NCBI GenBank assembly: GCA_026387835.1 | Contig: JAPLKZ010000003.1 | Location: 9,573 to 29,228 of the forward strand | Direction of reading: 5' to 3' | DNA length: 19,656 nucleotides | Origin: Candidatus Saganbacteria bacterium | Lineage (GTDB): Bacteria; Margulisbacteria; WOR-1; JAKLHX01 | Part shown: one piece after another, positions 9,091 through 17,085 of the stretch | How positions within the stretch are numbered: position 1 is the stretch's first letter | How the letters are laid out: the number at the start of each line of letters is the position of its first letter | Position numbers and translations under genes: made by a program | The notes under the pieces: model-generated | Told to the model about the DNA's origin: nothing | The model's database searches: none | Seen by the model: the letters and a program-made list of their open reading frames with translations, nothing else

Positions 9091-9251
9091 GGTTAAAGTC
9101 CCTGATTCACCGGCTCGCTTTCTGATCCCGGCTCCATATCCACCTATATATCTCAACTTAGATGAAATTTCTTGTTTTTTTACTCGACAATATATTATAG
9201 AGAACTATTGGACTTGAACCCGGGATCGCATGAAAAATGAGGTTATGTATC

Positions 9252-10430
9252 ATGAGCATTAAAAGAACCGGTATTTTGGTAAGTCATTCCGGTTATGCGG
9301 TACATAACCGCCTTGCGGATGCCGAAAAACGCGGCAAGCTTCCTTCTGTCACCGGTTTTCACAGGATCGACGGGCCCGGGTCAGGGCTCAACATGCCTCT
9401 GGTGCAAAGGACATACTTTTCTTTTAGAGAAGTCCCTGGCCGCCTTGACAGGGACCCTTCCTGGAAATGGTCAAAAGGGTTGCCGCGCACGGTCGATTTT
9501 ACGATCAACACAGGAACAAAAATAACAGCTTACCCTTTTAAACCCGGGAAATTAGCGATCGAAAGCATGGATTATCCAGACCTGCGGCATGTTGAAGGTA
9601 AAACCGGGCAAATACCGCCGGTAAAAAGGAACTGGCTGCTTAAGATCATGGAGACATTCGGACTAAATGGCGTGATGATGACCATAGAAAATACCGATGA
9701 AAGGACGATGTCTGGAGGACTTGGCGGTTCGGCGACAGTAAGCACTTCAGTAGCAATATTAGCAGCTCATTTAGCGGGGATAGCGCTGTCAAAAGCACAA
9801 ACAGTTTCATTGGCTTCTGTCTATGAAAATGATCTGGGGGTGAGCCTGACAGGCACACAGGAACAATGGAACGTGGTCCGGGGAGGCATAGCTGATCATG
9901 TGTGGTTTCCTTTTGGAAGGCCGGGTCTGGGTACGGGATACGGGGATGCGGTTGTCAGGACACTTTTACAGCCCGCGCAATACGGTGACGTGCGGCCTCA
10001 TATGGCCTTGATCCATTCCGGCAGGATGCATGCTAGCAAGGCTGTTAACCGTGAGTGGCTGAGGAAGATAAAAACTGCGGCCGGATACAGAGATTACGCG
10101 GGATTACTTCCTTTGGCTTATGATTTTGCGGAAGCCGTGCGTACCCGGGACTGGGGAAAAGCTTCAGAACTTATAGAAAAATACAGAGCGATCCGTACGA
10201 CACTGTGCAGAGAATATATGTCAGGCTCAGAGTGGCTTTATGAGATCGCTTCAAGGAACAAGACTGTAATATTCCCGCTTGGCGCGGGTGGCGGGGGCGT
10301 ATGTCTGAATTTTGGCGAGACACCGGGCGCAGTTGAAAGTACGGTAGCTGAAGTCAGGGCTATTGATCCCGGACGTATCATAGACTTTGATCTCAGAGAA
10401 AAAGGTCACATATTGGAGAACGTATCATGA
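9252..10430 (+). CDS. GHMP kinase family protein (heptose/sugar kinase-like)
   Basis: MSGGLGGSATVSTSVAILAAHLAG is a GHMP motif 2 (GGLGxSA); a C-terminal LGAGGGGVCLNF motif resembles heptose-7-phosphate kinases. ATG at 9252 is preceded by TGAGGT; the alternative start is 9237. Confidence 0.75.
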   Translation: MSIKRTGILVSHSGYAVHNRLADAEKRGKLPSVTGFHRIDGPGSGLNMPLVQRTYFSFREVPGRLDRDPSWKWSKGLPRTVDFTINTGTKITAYPFKPGKLAIESMDYPDLRHVEGKTGQIPPVKRNWLLKIMETFGLNGVMMTIENTDERTMSGGLGGSATVSTSVAILAAHLAGIALSKAQTVSLASVYENDLGVSLTGTQEQWNVVRGGIADHVWFPFGRPGLGTGYGDAVVRTLLQPAQYGDVRPHMALIHSGRMHASKAVNREWLRKIKTAAGYRDYAGLLPLAYDFAEAVRTRDWGKASELIEKYRAIRTTLCREYMSGSEWLYEIASRNKTVIFPLGAGGGGVCLNFGETPGAVESTVAEVRAIDPGRIIDFDLREKGHILENVS

Positions 10431-11599
10431 TAGGTTTTATTTTGGCTGAAGGCATGGGATCAAGGCTCTATCCGCTGACTTTAAGGAAAGCGAATCAGAT
10501 CAGCATCGAAAGAGGTATTCCGCCACGCTGTTTTAATATAAATGTCAGGCCAAAGCCCCTGGCCCCGATAACGAACCGTCCGATGATATATTCGTCACTT
10601 TTGATGATGAGATCGTTGGGAGTCGACAAAACATTCGTAACAACGGGGGTATGGAACGATATCTATATGAAACATTTCGAGCAGCTTGGTGTTGATGCAT
10701 ATCTTGTCAAGAACAGGCGGCTGGGATATTTCGAGAAGATAGTCAAGATCGTCATGGAAGAGGTCCGGAAAGGTTATAAAGGGACCGTGGTCGTTCTAAG
10801 CGGCGATATTGTCTCGAATATCGATCCCCGTCCCGCGTTAGCTGTACATGAAAGACAAAAAGCCACGGCAACCATTGTATCAACACCCATAACAGATGAT
10901 GTAAGGACCTGTTCTCCTATAGTTATAGAAGATCCGCTTCAAAAGAGCGGCCTGATCGCTGATTACCGCCATAAGCTGTCCCGGCAAGATGCGTTGAAAC
11001 TGAGCCGCTACAGGAATTCATCCGTTTATCTATTTGACACTTCCTTTTTTGAGATGGTAGCCGGAATGGCCGATGAAGACGATTTAGATTTCAGCGAAGA
11101 TATCTTTCCATGGCTGGTAAAAAACAGGAGTGCCAAATTTATGGGATATGCTTCGGACGCTCTGTGGGCAGATGTCGGCGAGCTTGACTATTATTTAAAT
11201 ATTCAACGGGCGGCACTGGATCAGAGACTGCATTTTCCGTATACAGAGGAGTTTTATCCTCAGAGCAGAATATATGCTGCTGGCAGATATAGAGTCTTAG
11301 GCCCGAGCATTATCTCCGAGGGTTGTGATATCGGAAGAGGCAGCGTTATCGGGCCGTATGCTGTGATAGGAGAAGGATGGGGGATCGGTTCCAATTCAAA
11401 AATCATCCGGTCCGTATTTTGGCCTGTTGATATCGGCCCGTCAGGATACCCGGGATGTTTTACGGTTGAGTCTGGAGTGACGGTCGCAGACTGCGCTGTC
11501 GGCAGCGGCCGCATCGACAGAGATGCGCGTGAAGAGGTCATCGTGAGTAACGGATCAGAAACTTTTCGCAGACAGCTGAATATTTCGGGTGGTCATTGA
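10427..11599 (+). CDS. Sugar-phosphate nucleotidyltransferase with C-terminal left-handed beta-helix repeats
   Basis: 390 aa. FILAEGMGSRLYPLT nucleotidyltransferase signature, VLSGDIV, and hexapeptide repeats (IISEGCDIGRGSVIGPYAVIGEGWGIGSNSKI). ATGA overlap with the upstream gene. Confidence 0.85.
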   Translation: MIGFILAEGMGSRLYPLTLRKANQISIERGIPPRCFNINVRPKPLAPITNRPMIYSSLLMMRSLGVDKTFVTTGVWNDIYMKHFEQLGVDAYLVKNRRLGYFEKIVKIVMEEVRKGYKGTVVVLSGDIVSNIDPRPALAVHERQKATATIVSTPITDDVRTCSPIVIEDPLQKSGLIADYRHKLSRQDALKLSRYRNSSVYLFDTSFFEMVAGMADEDDLDFSEDIFPWLVKNRSAKFMGYASDALWADVGELDYYLNIQRAALDQRLHFPYTEEFYPQSRIYAAGRYRVLGPSIISEGCDIGRGSVIGPYAVIGEGWGIGSNSKIIRSVFWPVDIGPSGYPGCFTVESGVTVADCAVGSGRIDRDAREEVIVSNGSETFRRQLNISGGH

Positions 11600-11619
11600 T
11601 CTAAAGAAAGGTAATTTAT

Positions 11620-12312
11620 ATGTCAGTTTCTTTGAACAGGGCCAGGACAGTCGCGATATTCGATATGAACGGGACAATGATAAATGACGGCCGGTTTCAT
11701 AGAAATGCATGGATGTCATATTGTCAGAAAAAAGGTCATGCTACTATCACGCCTGACATATACAGCCGTCATATTGCCGGCCGCAATAACCGTGACATTT
11801 TGACATTTTTTCTTGGCCGCCAACCGGATCCTGATGAATTGCATCTATTAGGCAGGGAAAAGGAAGCCATCTACAGGGATTCTTATAGACCATTCCTTGC
11901 GGAGGTTCCGGGATTGACGGTGTTCCTTGACCAGCTAAAAAAGGCAGGGATACCCAGAGTCCTAGCGACTTCTGCCGGCAAAGAGAATATTGACTTTGTG
12001 CTGGACGGATTGAATTTGCGCCGTTTCTTTTCACAAATAATCGGAGGAGACGGCATCAAAAACGGAAAGCCGGCGCCGGACATATTTCTTAAGGCAGCCG
12101 AGGTCGCAGGCAAAGCTCCTCAGGATTGCGTGGTATTTGAGGATGCCTTCTCGGGGTTCAAAGCTGCGTTATCCGCGGGGTCAAAATGTGTGGGGCTTAT
12201 TACAAATCTCACAGAAGAGCAGATAATCGCAGCCGGGGTAGATCTGGCAATAAAGGATTTTACTCAGATATCAGTGAGCATATTGGACAGCCTATTTGTG
12301 AAAAAAGGATGA
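11620..12312 (+). CDS. HAD-superfamily hydrolase, beta-phosphoglucomutase-like subfamily
   Basis: 230 aa. Motif I IFDMNGTMIND, motif II VLATSAG, motif III GIKNGKPAPDIF, motif IV VVFEDAFSGFKAALSAG. Confidence 0.85.
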   Translation: MSVSLNRARTVAIFDMNGTMINDGRFHRNAWMSYCQKKGHATITPDIYSRHIAGRNNRDILTFFLGRQPDPDELHLLGREKEAIYRDSYRPFLAEVPGLTVFLDQLKKAGIPRVLATSAGKENIDFVLDGLNLRRFFSQIIGGDGIKNGKPAPDIFLKAAEVAGKAPQDCVVFEDAFSGFKAALSAGSKCVGLITNLTEEQIIAAGVDLAIKDFTQISVSILDSLFVKKG

Positions 12313-12319
12313 ACAGGAA

Positions 12320-13477
12320 ATGCACAGAGCGAATATAATACCTGAGGCGAACAGATACGCGCAGTTATTGACGACACATATAACACGTCAGCGGGGTGCC
12401 GCGTTCAGGCCTTTTGACGGGGTAATGACCCTGCCGAGGCAGCTGGAGATCCATCTTTCAAACGATCTGGGAAAGCGCTGCAATATAAATTGCATTCATT
12501 GCCAGGGGCAGCACCTCCAGCAGGTAATAACGCCTTTCTATGATAAGGTCTCTTCTCTGGTCGCAAAATTAAAAGGACGGATCCCTCTTTTTGTTCTGTC
12601 AGGAGCTTATTCTGAACCGGCATTGAACGAAAAGCTGATCGATCTGCTGGAACTCATTAAATCGACGGGTTCAAGTTTCGGCCTGCATACGAACGGCACG
12701 CTTCTCAGGGGTTTGGAAAGAAAGAACGGTTTTTTGACAAGACTGCATGCGGCCGCGGGTTCAGAAGATGATTACATGACCGTGGCGATCGATGCATGCA
12801 GTCCGGAATCCTTTGAAAAGACAAAAAGAAGATCAGGCAGACTTTATGACGAGGTGATCACCGGCCTTAGAGAATTGTATAGGATCAGGACGCAAACGCC
12901 AAAAGAGACATTGAAGACCAGGATAACATATCTGTTGAACGACTATAACAGTGATCCGACCGAGCTTCAAAAATTTGTCGAGCTGATGAGATCGGTAGAA
13001 GTGGATTCAGTCAGGTTCGCGGTGCCTTACGCGCCTTACGGTACACCTCTTGCACAGTGTCTTGAACATAAGGAGGAGGTGGAACTGCCTTTTTATGAGA
13101 AATACTGGCACGCCATCGCGCCTCTACTGTCAAAAGTGCCAGGTCAAAGGACTCATGTCTTTGTAATGACACCTGAAAAACAGGACGTGGAAAAAATAGA
13201 TTTTTATCACTGTTACTACGGATATTACATGATAAATCTCGGAGCTGACGGGTTTTTCTACAGGTGTTCGGCTGTTGCGCATCCGGGGTTTAAAAGCCAC
13301 AGGCTAGGTCCGGTCACGGATGACCTTAATGAGTTTTACGCGATGATACTTAAGAACCAGCAGGAAGGCTTTGACCCTATGAAATGTTGCCTTCCTTTCG
13401 GGGCAAGATGCAACAGGGCATCGATCGAGATCAACAGGCAGTTTGACGACGAGTATTATCCTGATAAAGAGGTCTGA
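12320..13477 (+). CDS. Radical SAM protein with Cys-rich C-terminal domain (SPASM/twitch-like)
   Basis: 385 aa. CNINCIHC (CX3CX2C) cluster motif, LSGAYSEP, and C-terminal cysteines HCYYGYY...FYRCSA...MKCCLPFGARC. Confidence 0.85.
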   Translation: MHRANIIPEANRYAQLLTTHITRQRGAAFRPFDGVMTLPRQLEIHLSNDLGKRCNINCIHCQGQHLQQVITPFYDKVSSLVAKLKGRIPLFVLSGAYSEPALNEKLIDLLELIKSTGSSFGLHTNGTLLRGLERKNGFLTRLHAAAGSEDDYMTVAIDACSPESFEKTKRRSGRLYDEVITGLRELYRIRTQTPKETLKTRITYLLNDYNSDPTELQKFVELMRSVEVDSVRFAVPYAPYGTPLAQCLEHKEEVELPFYEKYWHAIAPLLSKVPGQRTHVFVMTPEKQDVEKIDFYHCYYGYYMINLGADGFFYRCSAVAHPGFKSHRLGPVTDDLNEFYAMILKNQQEGFDPMKCCLPFGARCNRASIEINRQFDDEYYPDKEV

Positions 13478-13479
13478 TA

Positions 13480-14418
13480 ATGATACAAGGAAAGATCCAG
13501 CTCGGACAGATAGGTTATGGATACTGGGGGCAGCGGCTCTACAGCTATTTTTCTGCGCATCCGGGATTCGAGGTCACAAAAATCGCAGTCAGAGAGCCGC
13601 TCAAGGCCAGAAGCGGCCTGAACTGCAGAATGACTTCAGCCCAAGATATTTACGATGACAAGAACATTAAGGCAGTAATTGTTGCGACCCCGGTTGAGAC
13701 CCATTACGGGATCGCAAAGGATGTCCTGGCAAGCGGCAAGCACCTGTTTTGCGAAAAAGTGTTCACAGGTACAGCAAAAGAGGCCGAAGAATTACAGAGA
13801 ATGGCAGAACAGAGACAGCTTAAGATAATGGTCGATTATACGTTCACGTTTTCACATGGCGTGAGAAGAATGGTCGAAATAGCGAAGTCCGGGCAGATCG
13901 GAAAGCTGTCTTCGGCAACGTTCGAGATGGGCCAATTTGGTCACTTCAGGCCTGAAGGAGTGTATCCCCTCCTTGGCAGCCACATGCTAAGTATACTCAA
14001 CATGCTATATCCCCTTCATGAATTTGAATTTGTCAGGAATGATCTGCTGGTAAGGGCAGGGATCACGGAATCAGGCTGGTTATCATTTGCACATTATCGT
14101 CTGCCTTTTGGCGGACTTTTTAATTTGAGTTTGAATAATCCGGAAAAGACCAGGAATATAGCGCTTTACGGCACGCTTGGGACAGTTGCTTATAACATGT
14201 ACTCAAGTCCTGCCGTTAAACTTGCCTGTTTTGACAGGGAATGTGTTCATCAGGTAAAACAGGATACCGGACAGGAATTATGCAAAGGAGGCGAGAATGA
14301 CAATCTTGCCCTCAGTGTCGATGCTTTTTACGAGATGATCGCATCTTCCGGCCCATCAAATATCGATTGTGCAGTAGAGGTTGCCAGGGCGCTCGAACGG
14401 ATCTCCTTAGGAAAATAA
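13480..14418 (+). CDS. Gfo/Idh/MocA family NAD(P)-dependent oxidoreductase
   Basis: 312 aa. N-terminal GYGYWGQRLYSYF Rossmann motif, ATPVETHYGIAKDVLASGKHLFCEKVFTGTAKEAEEL (EKP-type motif), VDYTFTFSHGV. Confidence 0.87.
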   Translation: MIQGKIQLGQIGYGYWGQRLYSYFSAHPGFEVTKIAVREPLKARSGLNCRMTSAQDIYDDKNIKAVIVATPVETHYGIAKDVLASGKHLFCEKVFTGTAKEAEELQRMAEQRQLKIMVDYTFTFSHGVRRMVEIAKSGQIGKLSSATFEMGQFGHFRPEGVYPLLGSHMLSILNMLYPLHEFEFVRNDLLVRAGITESGWLSFAHYRLPFGGLFNLSLNNPEKTRNIALYGTLGTVAYNMYSSPAVKLACFDRECVHQVKQDTGQELCKGGENDNLALSVDAFYEMIASSGPSNIDCAVEVARALERISLGK

Positions 14419-14509
14419 ATTCACTGAAATTTCCAGAAAATCCGTTCGATAGCTTTGTAGACGGGAAACCTAAGGCAATAATAGCCCAAAGATCTAAAAG
14501 GAGAAAGAA

Positions 14510-15802
14510 ATGTCTTTAATAAATAATGGATCGATCGCGAAGAGGCTTAGCGAAATCGGAACGAAAGAATACGTTTTACGCAATAGACCTGATGCGTTAT
14601 CCGTTTCAAAGCGGGTAATGATCACAGGAGGAGCCGGCAATGTCGGCAGTAATCTTGGCATGGCTCTTAGGAAAAGAGATTTTAATGTTGCTGCTTTTGA
14701 TAACCTGAGAAAAGGTCACCGCGCGGCTGCGGCCATAGCGGGAGCCAGGTTGTTCGTGGGCGATCTTCTGGACCATGATGCCTTGACCGGCGCGCTTAGT
14801 GAATTCAAACCGGACGTTGTAATACATTGCGCAGCGTTGATAGAAGTGGGTGAGTCCGGAAAACTGCCCCAGGAGTACATCAACAACAATGTGGTCGGGA
14901 CCCTTAACCTTTTTCATGCCATGCAGCAGCTTGGAATGAACAGACTCCTGTTCTCCAATACCGCGGCGGTATATGACGGTACGCTGGGACGCCCGTTGAA
15001 AGAGACCGATCCGTGGGATGCAAGGAATGTCTACGGCGCCACAAAGGGGGCAGATGCTTTGATCTGCAAGCAGGGAAAGTTATTCCCCAGTTTGAAGTCT
15101 GTACATCTGCATTATTTTAATGTTTGTGGGGCTCCGGAAACAGGAGTGCTTGGGGAAGACCACGGTATCGCGACCGAATCCCATATCGTCCCGATAATAT
15201 TGCAGATAGCACTTTATAATCTGCTGAAAAAATACGGTTTGGACCTCCCTTTCTACGATCCGGGAGCGCTCGCAACTATATATGGTAAAGCCGGCAGGGA
15301 CCGTTTAAAAGTATTTGGTAATAATTATAATACGCCTGACGGCACCTGCATCAGGGATTATATTGGGATGGGCATAAAGGTATTCTTTCATCTTCAGGCC
15401 ATACAAAGGCTGTTATCCGGAAATATGGAATCGCATTATGAGGCATTCAACCTCGGGACAAAAAAAGGACACTCGGTACTGGACATATTGAACAGATGCG
15501 AGAATGTTGTCAGGCAACAGGTCGGTCTTCCTGCTATAGAAACACACGGATTGCCACTTGATTCGGACAAAAGGCTTATACCTGCCGAAATAGCCGAAAG
15601 AAGACAGGGAGATGCGGATTTTCTCGTTGCCGACCCTGAAAAAGCCAATTCTATCCTGGATCCCAGAAACAGCAGGCCGGTGCAAAATATCGACAAAGAG
15701 ATTGAATTTGCTTTATGGTCCATGCTTTACAGGCCTCTGGGGTACGAGCATCGTCCTGCGGTAACAATGGATCATCAGGTGCTTAGATTTTACGAGACAT
15801 AG
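14510..15802 (+). CDS. NAD-dependent epimerase/dehydratase, UDP-glucose 4-epimerase-like
   Basis: 430 aa extended SDR: MITGGAGNVGSNL, FDNLRKGH, NTAAVYDG, YGATK (YxxxK), YNTPDGTCIRDYIG, ERRQGDADFLVADPEKA. AAAGGAG RBS. Confidence 0.87.
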   Translation: MSLINNGSIAKRLSEIGTKEYVLRNRPDALSVSKRVMITGGAGNVGSNLGMALRKRDFNVAAFDNLRKGHRAAAAIAGARLFVGDLLDHDALTGALSEFKPDVVIHCAALIEVGESGKLPQEYINNNVVGTLNLFHAMQQLGMNRLLFSNTAAVYDGTLGRPLKETDPWDARNVYGATKGADALICKQGKLFPSLKSVHLHYFNVCGAPETGVLGEDHGIATESHIVPIILQIALYNLLKKYGLDLPFYDPGALATIYGKAGRDRLKVFGNNYNTPDGTCIRDYIGMGIKVFFHLQAIQRLLSGNMESHYEAFNLGTKKGHSVLDILNRCENVVRQQVGLPAIETHGLPLDSDKRLIPAEIAERRQGDADFLVADPEKANSILDPRNSRPVQNIDKEIEFALWSMLYRPLGYEHRPAVTMDHQVLRFYET

Positions 15803-15811
15803 AGATTGGTT

Positions 15812-17065
15812 CTATAAGGCTTTAAAAAGCCTTCCCGCTTCCCATACCGCTTCAGGCAGGGTAGGGTGGGAGTGGATGGTCTTTGAGATGTCCTGAGCCG
15901 TAAGTTTATTCCTTATCGCCAGAGTGATCTCTGCGATCAGGTCGGAAGCATTGTCCCCGATGATATGGCCGCCTAAAAGGACCCCGGTCTTGGCATTAGC
16001 GACCAGTTTGACAAAACCTTCCCGTTCTCCCGATACGGTCGACTTGCCCAGCGCGGCAAAGTTGAATTTTGATGTTTTTATATCCATCCCTTTCTCTTTA
16101 GCTTCTTTTTCTGTCAGACCGCAGGAAGCGACTTCAGGAAACGAGAACGTGCAGGAAGGAACAGCGCTGTAGTCCATAACTGCGTCTTTTTCGCAGGCAT
16201 TTCTCGCGGCGACTATGCCCTGCATCGTTGCCGTATGCGCATACATAGATATGCCGGTGACATCGCCGATCGCATAGATCCCCGGGGTCGCCGTTTCCAT
16301 CTTTTCATTAACGTCTATCTTTTCGTATTTTCTTCCTGAAGCTATCATCACAGGGATCCCGCTTACTTCTAGGGCATTGATATCGGCTTTACGGCCCGTT
16401 TCTATCTTTATACCCTTTTTTCTGAGAATCGACTCGAGCAAAGAGGATATTTCTTCATCTTCAGAAGGAAGTATTTTAGGGAGCATCTCATAAAGGCTAA
16501 CTTCGGATCCCAAAACGTTGAATATACAAGCGAACTCGACCCCGACCGCACCGGCGCCGATTATCGCGATCCTTTCCGGTAATGTTTCCATGTCCAGGAC
16601 CTCATCGCTAGTGAGAAAACCTTCTGCCGCGGCTTTTTCGGTCCCTGTCGCGATTATTACCTTGGAACAATTAAGGGCCTGTTCTTTTCCTTCGTTTTCG
16701 ACTGACACGCTTCCTGCGCCTTTTACTGAGGCTTTCCCGTTTATTATTTCTATTCCTGCATTCTTGAAAGACAAGGCTAGCGCTTTGCGCAGCCGGGAGA
16801 CAACATTATTCTTTCTTTCCTGTATCTTCTTCCAGTCAAAAGAAATATTCTCAGCGCTGAGCCCGAATTCTCCTGCCTTTTTCATCTTCAGGTAAAGCGC
16901 GCAGGAAGCGATGATCGATTTTGTGGGAATGCAGCCTTTATTCAGGCATACGCCGCCGAGGTCAGACTTTTCTATAAGCGCGACTTTTTTATCCAGAGAA
17001 GCAGCTTCAAGCGCTGCAGCTGTTCCTCCGGGTCCGGAGCCGATGACGATGATGTCGTATTTCAT
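15812..17065 (-). CDS. lpdA: Dihydrolipoamide dehydrogenase / FAD-dependent pyridine nucleotide-disulfide oxidoreductase
   Basis: MKYDIIVIGSGPGGTAAALEAASLDKKVALIEKSDLGGVCLNKGCIPTKS; GVCLNKGC redox motif and C-terminal HSHPTLPEAVWEA. The stop (TAG) at 15812-15814 confirms the minus strand; ATG at 17063-17065 is preferred over GTG at 17104. Confidence 0.85.
   Translation of the reverse strand: MKYDIIVIGSGPGGTAAALEAASLDKKVALIEKSDLGGVCLNKGCIPTKSIIASCALYLKMKKAGEFGLSAENISFDWKKIQERKNNVVSRLRKALALSFKNAGIEIINGKASVKGAGSVSVENEGKEQALNCSKVIIATGTEKAAAEGFLTSDEVLDMETLPERIAIIGAGAVGVEFACIFNVLGSEVSLYEMLPKILPSEDEEISSLLESILRKKGIKIETGRKADINALEVSGIPVMIASGRKYEKIDVNEKMETATPGIYAIGDVTGISMYAHTATMQGIVAARNACEKDAVMDYSAVPSCTFSFPEVASCGLTEKEAKEKGMDIKTSKFNFAALGKSTVSGEREGFVKLVANAKTGVLLGGHIIGDNASDLIAEITLAIRNKLTAQDISKTIHSHPTLPEAVWEAGRLFKAL
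15816..15833. terminator. Possible weak hairpin terminator between convergent galE-like and lpdA genes
   Basis: AAGGCTTTAAAAAGCCTT, an 8-bp stem overlapping the lpdA C-terminal codons. No strong T-tract. Confidence 0.25.
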
Positions 17066-17085
17066 TGTTGGATAAATTATAACAG

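Noticed and set aside
9207-9228. tRNA T-arm-like fragment on the minus strand (CCCGGGTTCAAGTCC) at the left edge of the sugar cassette, which could suggest an integration site.
   Set aside because: The T-stem does not pair beyond two base pairs, no acceptor, anticodon or D arm is recognisable, and no matching copy or integrase is seen at the other end.
15924-16895. Plus-strand ORFs 15924-16172 and 16518-16895.
   Set aside because: They are antisense to the well-supported lpdA coding sequence and have shadow-frame composition.
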